Part shown: in pieces, positions 40,152 through 48,384 of the stretch | How positions within the stretch are numbered: the first letter of the stretch is position 1 | Layout: each line of letters begins with the position of its first letter | Assembly: GCA_947085185.1 (NCBI GenBank) | Contig: CAMTVK010000002.1 | Coordinates: forward strand, 10,867 to 74,866 | Direction of reading: 5' to 3' | Source of the DNA: Candidatus Fraserbacteria bacterium | GTDB taxonomy: Bacteria > Bipolaricaulota > Bipolaricaulia > RBG-16-55-9 > DRXL01 | DNA: 64,000 nucleotides | Made by a program: the position numbers and the translations under genes | The notes under the pieces: generated by a model | Databases searched by the model: none | Told to the model about the DNA's origin: nothing | What the model saw: the letters and a program-made list of their open reading frames with translations, nothing else

Positions 40152-40337
40152 TCATCGCAACAAGAACGCTATAACCCTTTGGAAGAAAAAATCCAAAATC
40201 CCCACGTAGAGCGCCAGCATGATGACGATGAGGAGCACCAGCGTCGTCATGCCGATGGTCTCCACGCGGCTAGGCCAGCTGATCCGTTGGAACTCCCCCC
40301 GGACCTCCCGGAGGAAATTCATGACTCTTTCACGCAT
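40152..40337 (-). CDS. secE: Preprotein translocase subunit SecE
   Basis: FLREVRGEFQRISWPSR.E...MT.LVLL....... It sits in the canonical position between tRNA-Trp and nusG. Confidence 0.9.
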   Translation of the reverse strand: MRERVMNFLREVRGEFQRISWPSRVETIGMTTLVLLIVIMLALYVGILDFFFQRVIAFLLR

Positions 40338-40355
40338 GATGTGTAGTCACCTAAG

Positions 40356-40428
40356 CAGGCCCGGGAGGATTTGAACCCCCAACCTGCCGATTTGGAGTCG
40401 GCTGCTCTGCCAGTTGAGCTACGGGCCT
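40356..40428 (-). tRNA. tRNA-Trp (anticodon CCA)
   Basis: Minus-strand sequence AGGCCCGTAGCTCAACTGGCAGAGCAGCCGACTCCAAATCGGCAGGTTGGGGGTTCAAATCCTCCCGGGCCTG folds into a cloverleaf. The 3' CCA is not encoded. Confidence 0.93.
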
Positions 40429-40436
40429 ATCACTCT

Positions 40437-40586
40437 TTAGACTTCTTTGTGCAGCGTGTGCTTGCGACACCACTTGCAATACTTCTTCAGCTCCAGTTTA
40501 TTCCGCACGTTCTTGGGGTTCTTGGTCGTATGATAATTCCGGTGACGACAGACCGTACAGGCCAGCGTCACGTGTTCCTGCGGCAT
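40437..40586 (-). CDS. rpmG: 50S ribosomal protein L33 (zinc-ribbon form)
   Basis: Absent from the ORF track because it is under 60 aa. Translates as [49 protein letters not shown]. Confidence 0.9.
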   Translation of the reverse strand: MPQEHVTLACTVCRHRNYHTTKNPKNVRNKLELKKYCKWCRKHTLHKEV

Positions 40587-40596
40587 AATCGCTCCT

Positions 40597-41805
40597 TTAC
40601 GCCAAGATCTTCGTGACCACGCCCGCGCCGACCGTGCGCCCCCCTTCGCGGATCGCGAAGCGCAACTGCTCCTCCATCGCGATGTGACTGATCAGCTCAG
40701 CTGTAATGCGCACGTTGTCCCCCGGCATGACCATCTCGATTCCCGTGGGCAGGGTGACGACGCCGGTGACGTCGGTCGTGCGGAAGTAAAACTGTGGCTT
40801 ATACCCGGAGAAGAACGGGCTATGGCGTCCGCCCTCATCCTTGGTGAGCGCATAGACTTCGGCTTCGAACTTCGTGTGCGGCGTGATCGACCCAGGAGCC
40901 GCTAAGACCATGCCGCGCTCGACCTCGTCTTTCTCAATGCCGCGCAGCAACACCCCGATGTTGTCCCCCGGCAGGGCCTCATCGAGGATCTTATTGAACA
41001 TCTCCAAGCTGGTCGCCACGGTCTTGCGCGATTGGGGTCGCAGGCCAATGATCTCGACCTCCGCGCCCGGCGTGATGCGCCCGCGCTCCACGCGCCCCGT
41101 GACCACCGTGCCGCGCCCTTTGATCGAGAAGACGTCCTCGATCGCCATCAAGAACGGCTTGTCCACTTCGCGGACCGGCTCAGGAATATATTCGTCTATG
41201 GCCTTCATCAATTCCCAGATGCATTTGGTCGCTTCAGGATCGTTAGGGTTCTTATAGGCTGCCAGCGCCGAGCCTCGAATGACGGGGACCTTGTCGCCGG
41301 GGAATTTATACTTCGTCAACAGATCGCGAATCTCAACTTCCACTAAGTCAATGAGCTCGGGGTCGTCAACGACGTCTATCTTATTGAGAAAGACGACGAT
41401 ATAGGGCACGTTCACTTGGCGGGCCAAGAGCACGTGCTCCCGCGTCTGGGGCATGGGGCCTTCGGAGGCGTCCACGACCAAGATAGCCCCGTCCATCTGA
41501 GCCGCGCCGGTGATCATGTTCTTGACATAGTCAGCATGGCCGGGACAGTCAATATGCGCGTAGTGGCGTTTCTCCGTCTCGTACTCTACGTGGGAGATCG
41601 CAATGGTAAGAATCTTGGTGGGGTCGCGACGGCCTTGCTTCTCGCTGGCCTTGGCGACCTCATCGTAGGTACGAGCTCTGGCCATCCCCTTGGTCGCCAA
41701 AACTTCGGTAATGGCCGCGGTCAGGGTCGTCTTGCCGTGGTCAATGTGGCCGATCGTTCCAACGTTGACGTGCGGTTTCTTCCGCTCAAACTTGGGCTTT
41801 GCCAT
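40597..41805 (-). CDS. tuf: Elongation factor Tu
   Basis: [36 protein letters not shown] and NKID. The start was chosen at ATG 41805, which has a GGAGGAGG Shine-Dalgarno. The switch I sequence is atypical (see findings). Confidence 0.97.
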   Translation of the reverse strand: MAKPKFERKKPHVNVGTIGHIDHGKTTLTAAITEVLATKGMARARTYDEVAKASEKQGRRDPTKILTIAISHVEYETEKRHYAHIDCPGHADYVKNMITGAAQMDGAILVVDASEGPMPQTREHVLLARQVNVPYIVVFLNKIDVVDDPELIDLVEVEIRDLLTKYKFPGDKVPVIRGSALAAYKNPNDPEATKCIWELMKAIDEYIPEPVREVDKPFLMAIEDVFSIKGRGTVVTGRVERGRITPGAEVEIIGLRPQSRKTVATSLEMFNKILDEALPGDNIGVLLRGIEKDEVERGMVLAAPGSITPHTKFEAEVYALTKDEGGRHSPFFSGYKPQFYFRTTDVTGVVTLPTGIEMVMPGDNVRITAELISHIAMEEQLRFAIREGGRTVGAGVVTKILA

Positions 41806-41822
41806 ATATCCTCCTCCACTTG

Positions 41823-41888
41823 GGTATTGCTGTGCTGGCGTGCCGAAGTGCTGCTGTGGGCTGCAGCACAGCAATACCGCAGCACTTC
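41823..41888 (-). other. Interleaved inverted repeats in the tRNA-Thr/tuf spacer
   Basis: A, GGTATTGCTGTGCTG (41823-41837), pairs with A', CAGCACAGCAATACC (41864-41878), over a perfect 15 bp. B, GAAGTGCTGC (41845-41854), pairs with B', GCAGCACTTC (41879-41888), over a perfect 10 bp. Confidence 0.45.
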
Positions 41889-41944
41889 TGCACCTTTCGG
41901 AACGTCTCTGAGCGACTGCTCCCTCACATTCTCAACGTTCCGAC

Positions 41945-42019
41945 TGGAGCCCGCGACCGGAATCGAACCGGTGGCCTTTCCCTTACCAAGGGAACGCTCT
42001 ACCTCTGAGCTACGCGGGC
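41945..42019 (-). tRNA. tRNA-Thr (anticodon GGT), CCA encoded
   Basis: GCCCGCGTAGCTCAGAGGTAGAGCGTTCCCTTGGTAAGGGAAAGGCCACCGGTTCGATTCCGGTCGCGGGCTCCA. Confidence 0.93.
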
Positions 42020-42068
42020 CGGCTCTCAACACTTCCCGTCCCGAGAAGGTCCCGCCCGTGAATACGCT

Positions 42069-42097
42069 ATTATAGACCAAAGTGTCGGCCAACGCAA
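42069..42097 (-). promoter_or_regulatory. Sigma70-like promoter TTGCGT-N17-TATAAT upstream of tRNA-Thr(GGT)-tuf
   Basis: On the minus strand, the -35 is at 42092-42097 and the -10 at 42069-42074. Confidence 0.5.
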
Positions 42098-42101
42098 ACA
42101 G

Positions 42102-42186
42102 TGCCGGGGGAGGGATTTGAACCCCCGAAGGCACACAGGCCAACGGATTTACAGTCCGTCCCGTTTGGCCGCTCCGGAACCCCGGC
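42102..42186 (-). tRNA. tRNA-Tyr (anticodon GTA), long variable arm
   Basis: GCCGGGGTTCCGGAGCGGCCAAACGGGACGGACTGTAAATCCGTTGGCCTGTGTGCCTTCGGGGGTTCAAATCCCTCCCCCGGCA. Confidence 0.9.
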
Positions 42187-42206
42187 GACAACAATAATTT
42201 TACCGG

Positions 42207-42279
42207 AGCCGACGGCCGGAGTCGAACCGGCAACCCACCGCTTACAAAGCGGTTGCTCTGCCGATTGAGCTACGTCGGC
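42207..42279 (-). tRNA. tRNA-Thr (anticodon TGT)
   Basis: GCCGACGTAGCTCAATCGGCAGAGCAACCGCTTTGTAAGCGGTGGGTTGCCGGTTCGACTCCGGCCGTCGGCT. Confidence 0.93.
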
Positions 42280-42348
42280 GATCGCTTCATTCTAGCGATT
42301 TTCACCCATCCTAGCAAGCGCCCCCGCCCCTGTGATACTATAGCCCCT

Positions 42349-43500
42349 ATGGAGTCAGAGTTCGCTGAGATTGCCCTCACAATCATAGTGATCTTGGGCG
42401 GCGCGAAAGTGTTTGCCGTGCTCCTAGAGCGCCTCGACCAAAGCCCTGTCGTCGGCGAGCTGCTTTTGGGAATGCTGCTGGGGCCATCTCTGATGGGGTG
42501 GCTCGATCCCAAAGACCCGATCTTGGCGTTTTTGGCTGAGATCGGGATCGTCGTGCTCGCGTTTTATTTGGGGCTTATTGCCGATTTGGATCGGCTCTTT
42601 CACGCGCGCACGTCTGCGGTGCGTGTGGCGCTGTTGGGGGTGCTCTGCCCCTTGGGGTTGGCCGCGCTCTATGGGCGAGCTCTAGGGCTCAATTGGGAGG
42701 TCGCGCTCTTTCTTGGCGCCGCGCTGACCGCTACAAGCCTCGTCAAGAGTGGCCATCTGCTCTGGGAGACTCGAATATTTCATACGCTCACCGGCTCGAT
42801 CATCCTCGGTGCGGCGTTGCTCGATGATCTGTTGGCTCTTTGGATGCTCGCAGGATTTCACTCATGGCTGACGGCGAGATCTTTTGAGTGGCTCGAGGTC
42901 GTCTTCGAAGGGGTGCTCTCCCTGGGGATATTGGGGGGAAGCTTAGTGGGAGGCGTGCGTCTGGCGCCTCGTCTCTTTCGCATTGTGGAGCGCCTGGAGC
43001 AGCGGGGGATGCTCATCGTCGTCTCGTTGATCTTTTGTCTTGTGCTGGCGGCGCTTGCCGAAAGCCTCGGGTTAGCTGTCGTAGTGGGGGCATTTGCTGC
43101 GGGCTTGATGCTCGAGTATATCCCGCAAGAGCGCCAGATCACCCGTCAGGTCGAAACGCTCGTCGATCTCTTTGTCCCGTTCTATTTTGTGAAAGCCGGG
43201 GCCTTGCTCAACCCTTGGGTCTTCGGTCAGGCCTCGGTGATCATTCACACCCTTGTGCTGCTGGTGCTTGCGTGTGTGGGCAAGCTGCTCAGCGGGCTGG
43301 GAGCCCAGCGGGGCACTCGATGGGCTGTGGGGGTGGGCATGATGCCGCGCGGAGAGGTGGGCTTGATCTTCGCGCTCTTTGGGCTGCAGAGCGGCATACT
43401 CACAGAGGAGCTCTATGCGATCTTCATTATGATCGTTCTGCTCACGACCGTTGCGACCCCGATCCTCTTGCGAGCTGTGCTTAAGAAGACCTCTTCTTGA
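42349..43500 (+). CDS. Cation:proton antiporter (CPA2, Kef/NapA-like)
   Basis: Polytopic membrane protein. Sequence includes GGAKVFAVLLERLDQSPVVGELLLGMLLGPS and a late MMPRGEVGL motif. The start was chosen at ATG 42349, because the longer ORF would overlap tRNA-Thr. Confidence 0.8.
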   Translation: MESEFAEIALTIIVILGGAKVFAVLLERLDQSPVVGELLLGMLLGPSLMGWLDPKDPILAFLAEIGIVVLAFYLGLIADLDRLFHARTSAVRVALLGVLCPLGLAALYGRALGLNWEVALFLGAALTATSLVKSGHLLWETRIFHTLTGSIILGAALLDDLLALWMLAGFHSWLTARSFEWLEVVFEGVLSLGILGGSLVGGVRLAPRLFRIVERLEQRGMLIVVSLIFCLVLAALAESLGLAVVVGAFAAGLMLEYIPQERQITRQVETLVDLFVPFYFVKAGALLNPWVFGQASVIIHTLVLLVLACVGKLLSGLGAQRGTRWAVGVGMMPRGEVGLIFALFGLQSGILTEELYAIFIMIVLLTTVATPILLRAVLKKTSS

Positions 43501-44746
43501 GCACGATCTCGTGGGGATGGGCGTAATAGAGCGTGTCGGCATCGAGGTTCTTGCGCACTAAACTTCCGGGGCCGATCTGGCAGCGCGGCCCGACTAACAC
43601 CCCGGGCATGAGCATCGTGCAGATCCCTATGTGAGTATGGCGTCCCACGATAGCTCCGAGCTTATGCAGCCCAGTCTCAATGCGCTGCCCTTTGACCCAC
43701 GGACGAATCGCTCCCCGGTCGTTTCTGACGTTCGCCGTCACCGTGCCCGCGCCGATCTTGACAGCTTCGTCGAAGATTGAGTCTCCGAAATACCCCGAGT
43801 GCGTCGAGCAGTCTCTCTGAAAGATCGAGCGGGCGACTTCGGCGTGGGCCCCGATCACCGTATGGGCTTCTAAGTTCGAATACTCTCGCACAAGCGAGCC
43901 CGTCCCGATCACACACTGATCCCCAACGTAGCATGGTCCTTTGATGACCGCGTGCTCTAAGATTTTTACGTGCTCGCCGATCCAGACCGGTCCCTCAATG
44001 AGAGCGCTGGGGTGTATCTGGGCGCTGGACGCGATCTGCTGCTCTGTAATATCTCTGTCCATTAAAAGCTGAGCTAACCGAAAGAGATCCCAAGGATACT
44101 TGAGCGTCGGCGGCTCTTCTAAAATCTTTACTATGCGCACCAGGCCCTCGCGCATGAGCATTCTGAGAGCGTCTTCGAACGCATAGGGATGCTCGCTCAC
44201 CCTCCGATAGCACTCAAAAAATCTCTTTGTGAGCAGATAGATCCCGACAAGGCGCGTTCGGCCGGGTTCGGTCCCCGGCTGGGGTTTTTCGATCAGATCT
44301 ACAGCGCGATCACTGTCTATTTGGACGATCCCGTACTCGTGCGGGCGGTCTGTGTCACAGCCGACGAGCACGGCATCGGCGCCGTCCGCTCTAGCTACGA
44401 GTTTGGGCAAGATCTCAGCGACGGTGACGTGCTGGGGGTTGATGATCAAGAAAGAATCGTGCAGCACAGATTCGGCTCTCGCTAGGGCATCGCCCATGCC
44501 GCGCGGCTCCTGCTGCACGACATACGAGAGCCTGATGCCCAAGTTCGTGCCGTCCCCCAGCTGAGATTCAATGACTCTCGTAGGTGGCTGGACGATCACG
44601 ATCTCAGTGATCTGAGCGCGCGCGAGGGCTTCGAGAGTATGCGCGATGATCGGGCGCCCCATGAGCCGAAAGAGGCTCTTGTGCCCGCCTTCGGCGAGCG
44701 GCCAAAATCGTGACGATTCTCCTGCAGCCAGAATGACAGCTTGCAT
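43481..44746 (-). CDS. Bifunctional sugar-1-phosphate nucleotidylyltransferase / left-handed beta-helix acetyltransferase (GlmU-like, archaeal-type)
   Basis: MQAVILAAGESSRFWPL (NTP-transferase G-loop). C-terminal hexapeptide repeats follow (IGAHAEV.RSI......IGAGTV..N). Confidence 0.75.
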   Translation of the reverse strand: MQAVILAAGESSRFWPLAEGGHKSLFRLMGRPIIAHTLEALARAQITEIVIVQPPTRVIESQLGDGTNLGIRLSYVVQQEPRGMGDALARAESVLHDSFLIINPQHVTVAEILPKLVARADGADAVLVGCDTDRPHEYGIVQIDSDRAVDLIEKPQPGTEPGRTRLVGIYLLTKRFFECYRRVSEHPYAFEDALRMLMREGLVRIVKILEEPPTLKYPWDLFRLAQLLMDRDITEQQIASSAQIHPSALIEGPVWIGEHVKILEHAVIKGPCYVGDQCVIGTGSLVREYSNLEAHTVIGAHAEVARSIFQRDCSTHSGYFGDSIFDEAVKIGAGTVTANVRNDRGAIRPWVKGQRIETGLHKLGAIVGRHTHIGICTMLMPGVLVGPRCQIGPGSLVRKNLDADTLYYAHPHEIVLKKRSS

Positions 44747-44809
44747 CGTCGGCTTTGAGTATAATACAAAGAGTTGCTCATGGCTATCTTTAAAGAAAAG
44801 GGGGCTGGC

Positions 44810-46672
44810 ATGCACACACGAAATCTATCGATCGGCATCGGCCTTTGGTTGCTCGCTTTGGTCTTTTGGTCTTTTGCTCTATGGGCGCTGCCCAACGAGA
44901 TCGAGTACGCGATCTCAGCCCAGCTTGACGTAGCCAAAAATATTATCACAGGTACGGAGACGGTACGCTTCACGAACCATACGGGCACAGAGCTCAAAGA
45001 GCTCTACTTTCACGTGGTCCCCAATGCGTTCAAGCGCGGCGCCAACACGAAGTATCAGCAAGAGCTTCAACGCGCGGGCATCCCTCCACAACTCATCTAT
45101 GCTTCGCCCAACGACGACGCATTTATGGAGATCAAGGGCGTCACAGCCCATGGGAGAGCGCTCGTCTTCTCTCTCGAAGACACGCTGATGCGCGTGATGC
45201 TGCCAGAACCCCTCGCTGACGGCCGGACCATTGAGCTTCAGATCGAGTTTATCAACGACTTACTAGAACCACCTCCTCAGGCTCTGTGGGCGGCCACGCT
45301 CGCTGTGCGCAGCGGCTATAGAGAGAGCACCTATACGGTAGCCCTGTGGTACCCCAAGCTCGTAGTCTACGATGCTGACGAGGGCTGGAATCTCGACAGA
45401 TACAGTCTTCTTGGGGAGTTCTACGGCGATTTTGCCAATTATGACGTGCAATTGACGGTGCCGGCAAATTTTGTTGTCGGCAGTACCGGGGTCATTCTGA
45501 GCGAGACCGTGCAGGGGTCGCAAAAGCTCATTACAGTGAGAGCCGAGCGCGTGCACGACTTTGCCTGGGTCGCCGGGCCGTCCTATCGCATCGAGGAGTC
45601 CGAGCTCCCTAACGGCACACGGCTGCGCGTGCTCTCGCTGGGACTGAATATGGCGCCCATAGCCGAGGACGCCGTGAAATTCTTTGCTGAGCGCTTCGGC
45701 CCCTATGCCTATCCCGTTGTCACCGTCGCCCAAGTGACGGTGGGTGGGGGCATGGAGTATCCGGGGATCGTGATGATCGCCGGAGGTTCAGCTTCAGAGA
45801 TCACCCACGAGCTGGCGCACCAATGGTGGTACGCTGCGGTGGGCAACGACGAGATGGATGAAGCCTGGCTCGATGAAGCCTTCGCGACATTTTCCGAAGA
45901 GCTCTATCAGATCGAGCGGCGCGGCGCGCCCACCTCAAGACGGAGCTCGTATAACTTTCGCGAGCCGGGAATCCCCGTCCTGACCCGTGCCGATCAGTTT
46001 CCCTCTCTGTCTAGTTATGCTCGATCTGTCTACACCAAGGGTTCTGGGGTCTTGTGGATGCTGCGCTGGGTGATAACCCCTGAAAACTTCGACAAAGTTT
46101 TGCGAGAGTACTACGCGCGCTTCACGTATAAGCACGCGACCACCCCAGACTTCATCGCCGTCACGGAAGAAGTGAGCGGCCAAGAGCTGGACTGGTTTTT
46201 TGACATCTGGCTGCGCACAACAAAGACTTTAGACTTTTCGCTGCCGCTGGGGAGCTGGCGCCAGCTAAAAGACGGCCAGATCGAAACCCGGCTCACCATT
46301 CTCCGTCGAGGGGAAGCGATCGCTCCTGTCAGAGTCGTCTTATACTTGCGCGACGGCACCACTCTCGAGACGCGTTGGGACGGGCAGCAGACTGTGTCAG
46401 AATTGATCTTCAAGAGCACTTCGGCTCCCGCCCGAGCTGAAATTGATCCCAATCACGACGTCTTGGAGGAGAATCGCGCCAACAACACCCTCACTTTCCC
46501 AGCATACGGAGCGCTCGATCTTGCATTTGACAATCCCGTCTATTGCAGTTATAATCAGCTGGCAAGGGAGCTATGCGCGGGGAGGAGGCCGAAGAAAGAG
46601 CCCGCGACTTTCTGCAAGCCCACGGCTATGAGATCATCGCGGAGCGCTATCGCTGGCGCGGCGGCGAGATAG
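44810..46672 (+). CDS. M1-family zinc metallopeptidase (membrane- or signal-anchored)
   Basis: GGMEYPG (a GxMEN variant), HELAHQWWY (HExxH) and WLDEAFA (the third zinc-ligand Glu). An N-terminal hydrophobic anchor is present. Confidence 0.8.
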   Translation: MHTRNLSIGIGLWLLALVFWSFALWALPNEIEYAISAQLDVAKNIITGTETVRFTNHTGTELKELYFHVVPNAFKRGANTKYQQELQRAGIPPQLIYASPNDDAFMEIKGVTAHGRALVFSLEDTLMRVMLPEPLADGRTIELQIEFINDLLEPPPQALWAATLAVRSGYRESTYTVALWYPKLVVYDADEGWNLDRYSLLGEFYGDFANYDVQLTVPANFVVGSTGVILSETVQGSQKLITVRAERVHDFAWVAGPSYRIEESELPNGTRLRVLSLGLNMAPIAEDAVKFFAERFGPYAYPVVTVAQVTVGGGMEYPGIVMIAGGSASEITHELAHQWWYAAVGNDEMDEAWLDEAFATFSEELYQIERRGAPTSRRSSYNFREPGIPVLTRADQFPSLSSYARSVYTKGSGVLWMLRWVITPENFDKVLREYYARFTYKHATTPDFIAVTEEVSGQELDWFFDIWLRTTKTLDFSLPLGSWRQLKDGQIETRLTILRRGEAIAPVRVVLYLRDGTTLETRWDGQQTVSELIFKSTSAPARAEIDPNHDVLEENRANNTLTFPAYGALDLAFDNPVYCSYNQLARELCAGRRPKKEPATFCKPTAMRSSRSAIAGAAAR

Positions 46673-46908
46673 ATCTCATCGCGCGCGATGGAAACTTTTT
46701 AGTCTTTATTGAAGTGCGCTCGCGCTCGAAAGAGCTCTTCGGCCTGCCCGAAGAGACGGTCAATCACGCAAAGCGCCACAAGATCCTTCTCACGGCACAG
46801 CATTATCTAGCTCGCTACCCTACTCATCTTGATGTGCGTTTTGACGTCGTGGCGCTTTCTGGGGGGCAGTTGCGTCTATATAAAGACGCGTTCCGAGCCA
46901 ATAGTTGA
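46573..46908 (+). CDS. yraN: YraN-family endonuclease (UPF0102)
   Basis: GEEAEERARDFLQAHGYEIIAERYRWRGGEIDLIARDGNFLVFIEVRSRS. Confidence 0.85.
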   Translation: MRGEEAEERARDFLQAHGYEIIAERYRWRGGEIDLIARDGNFLVFIEVRSRSKELFGLPEETVNHAKRHKILLTAQHYLARYPTHLDVRFDVVALSGGQLRLYKDAFRANS

Positions 46909-46929
46909 ATCAACGAGGAGGTGCAGTCT

Positions 46930-48384
46930 ATGCAGGAGCGCATGAGTCGGCGTGCCTTCTTGAAGGCGCTCGGTGTTGGGGCTGGTATCGTGGCTGTGAG
47001 CGGGGCACTTGGCTGGGGGCAACCCGCCCCCATGAAAGTCGGGCTGATCGGACCGATCAATCTCTTAGACGTCGGCAGAGCGATGGTGCGCGGGGCGCAG
47101 TTGGCCGTTGATGAGATCAATGATCTTGTGAGCGCAGGGAAGCTCCCGCCGCCCAAGATCACTATAGACGGTCTCGTCCGAGATGACCAAGTCCTGCGGG
47201 GGGATGTGGCCCGGGCAGCGTTTGAAGAGCTTGCAGCGCTCGGAGCAATAGCCATCATCGGGGGCTTCATAGACGAGACGGTCGCCGCCATGCTGCCCTC
47301 GATGGCCCGATTGAGAAAGCCCTATCTCGATACAGGCTCTAGTAGCCCAGAGTTCAACAAGCTCGTCAAGGAGAAGTACGATCAGTACAAATATTATTTT
47401 CGAGTGATGATCAATGACAACGTCATGGGGCAAGATATCGGGACCATGGCCCAGGGGCTGATGCTGCAAGAGATGGGGATGCAAAGAGTCGCGCTGGTCG
47501 CGGAGAGCAGCGCCTTTGGGCAGAGTCTCGCGCGGATCCTCCAAGAGCGCCTCACTCAAGCCGGCCTGCAGCTTGTCAAGGTCTTCAGCTTCCCCCTGCA
47601 AAGCCCAGACTTCGCGTCGATCCTGCAACAAGTGAACGATACTATCTATACTCACGATGTCGATGCCATGATGCTCGTGCTCGCGTTCGATCCGGGGATC
47701 TCGCTGGTGGGCCAAGCCTACGAGATGAAGCTCGATATGCCCATCATCGGGATCAATGGGGAGGGGCAATCGTTCGAGTACTGGAAGAACACGGGCGGGC
47801 GCGTCATGGGGCATACATACGTAGATGTCGCCACCGGCGAGACCCCGATCACCCCCAAGACACGCCCGTTCTATCACGCGTATGTCGAGCGCTTTGGGGA
47901 TTCTGCGCCGTCGCGCCCGCTCTTTACGGCTTTTACTACGTATGATGCGTTCTTTATCTTGAAGGGCGCCATCGATCGCGCTGGGAGCACCGATCCCGAC
48001 AGGATCGTCGCCGAGCTGGAGAAGACAGATTACGTTGGCACCGTAGGACGAATTCAATTTAGAGACCGGAACGATCCCTACCCCCATGAGCCGATCTATG
48101 ATCCGGCGTTCGTCGTGGCCAAATGGGTCTTGTGGACGACAACCGCGAAGAACCCACTCGATCCCAAGGCCCAGCCGGTGCGCGTCGTGGTCTGGCCTCC
48201 GCAGTTCCGTCTTAAGGCCGACCCTCAGGGCAATCCCGTCAGCATCGCCACCTGCATCAGCAAAGCGTGCGAAGAGTATCGCAAGAGCGTGGCAGCGTGG
48301 AAGCAGCAGGGCAAGCCCAAAGGTGGTCGCTTCGCGGCGTGGCACACGTGGGCACGCACAATCGCCCAGTGCTTTACAAGCTAA
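46930..48384 (+). CDS. Periplasmic binding protein, type 1 (LivK-like), with a twin-arginine signal
   Basis: MQERMSRRAFLKALGVGAGIVAV carries a consensus SRRxFLK. VGLIGPI......G.....GAQLAVDEIN follows. A GAGGAGG Shine-Dalgarno precedes ATG 46930. Confidence 0.75.
   Translation: MQERMSRRAFLKALGVGAGIVAVSGALGWGQPAPMKVGLIGPINLLDVGRAMVRGAQLAVDEINDLVSAGKLPPPKITIDGLVRDDQVLRGDVARAAFEELAALGAIAIIGGFIDETVAAMLPSMARLRKPYLDTGSSSPEFNKLVKEKYDQYKYYFRVMINDNVMGQDIGTMAQGLMLQEMGMQRVALVAESSAFGQSLARILQERLTQAGLQLVKVFSFPLQSPDFASILQQVNDTIYTHDVDAMMLVLAFDPGISLVGQAYEMKLDMPIIGINGEGQSFEYWKNTGGRVMGHTYVDVATGETPITPKTRPFYHAYVERFGDSAPSRPLFTAFTTYDAFFILKGAIDRAGSTDPDRIVAELEKTDYVGTVGRIQFRDRNDPYPHEPIYDPAFVVAKWVLWTTTAKNPLDPKAQPVRVVVWPPQFRLKADPQGNPVSIATCISKACEEYRKSVAAWKQQGKPKGGRFAAWHTWARTIAQCFTS

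Noticed and set aside
42253-42348. N-terminal extension of the antiporter ORF (start at 42253)
   Set aside because: The extension overlaps tRNA-Thr(TGT) on the opposite strand and encodes non-membrane junk. ATG 42349 is preceded by an extended -10 and begins the hydrophobic protein.
46573-46672. A 100-nt same-strand overlap between the M1 peptidase ORF and yraN
   Set aside because: I considered a frameshift or fusion. The yraN start has its own Shine-Dalgarno (AAGGGAG) and a TATAAT upstream, and the peptidase tail is low-complexity. It is most likely a simple overlap or a slightly over-extended peptidase C-terminus, not a notable feature.
47065-48345. A 426-aa ORF on the minus strand covering almost the whole binding-protein gene
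   Set aside because: It lies antisense to a gene with a clear Tat signal and PBP1 features. Its translation is Arg/Gly/His/Pro-rich with no motif. It is a typical shadow ORF of GC-rich, codon-biased DNA. The same reasoning applies to 13113-13814(-), 23753-24352(-), 37881-38567(+), 39015-39935(+), 41416-42075(+) and 63281-63913(-).
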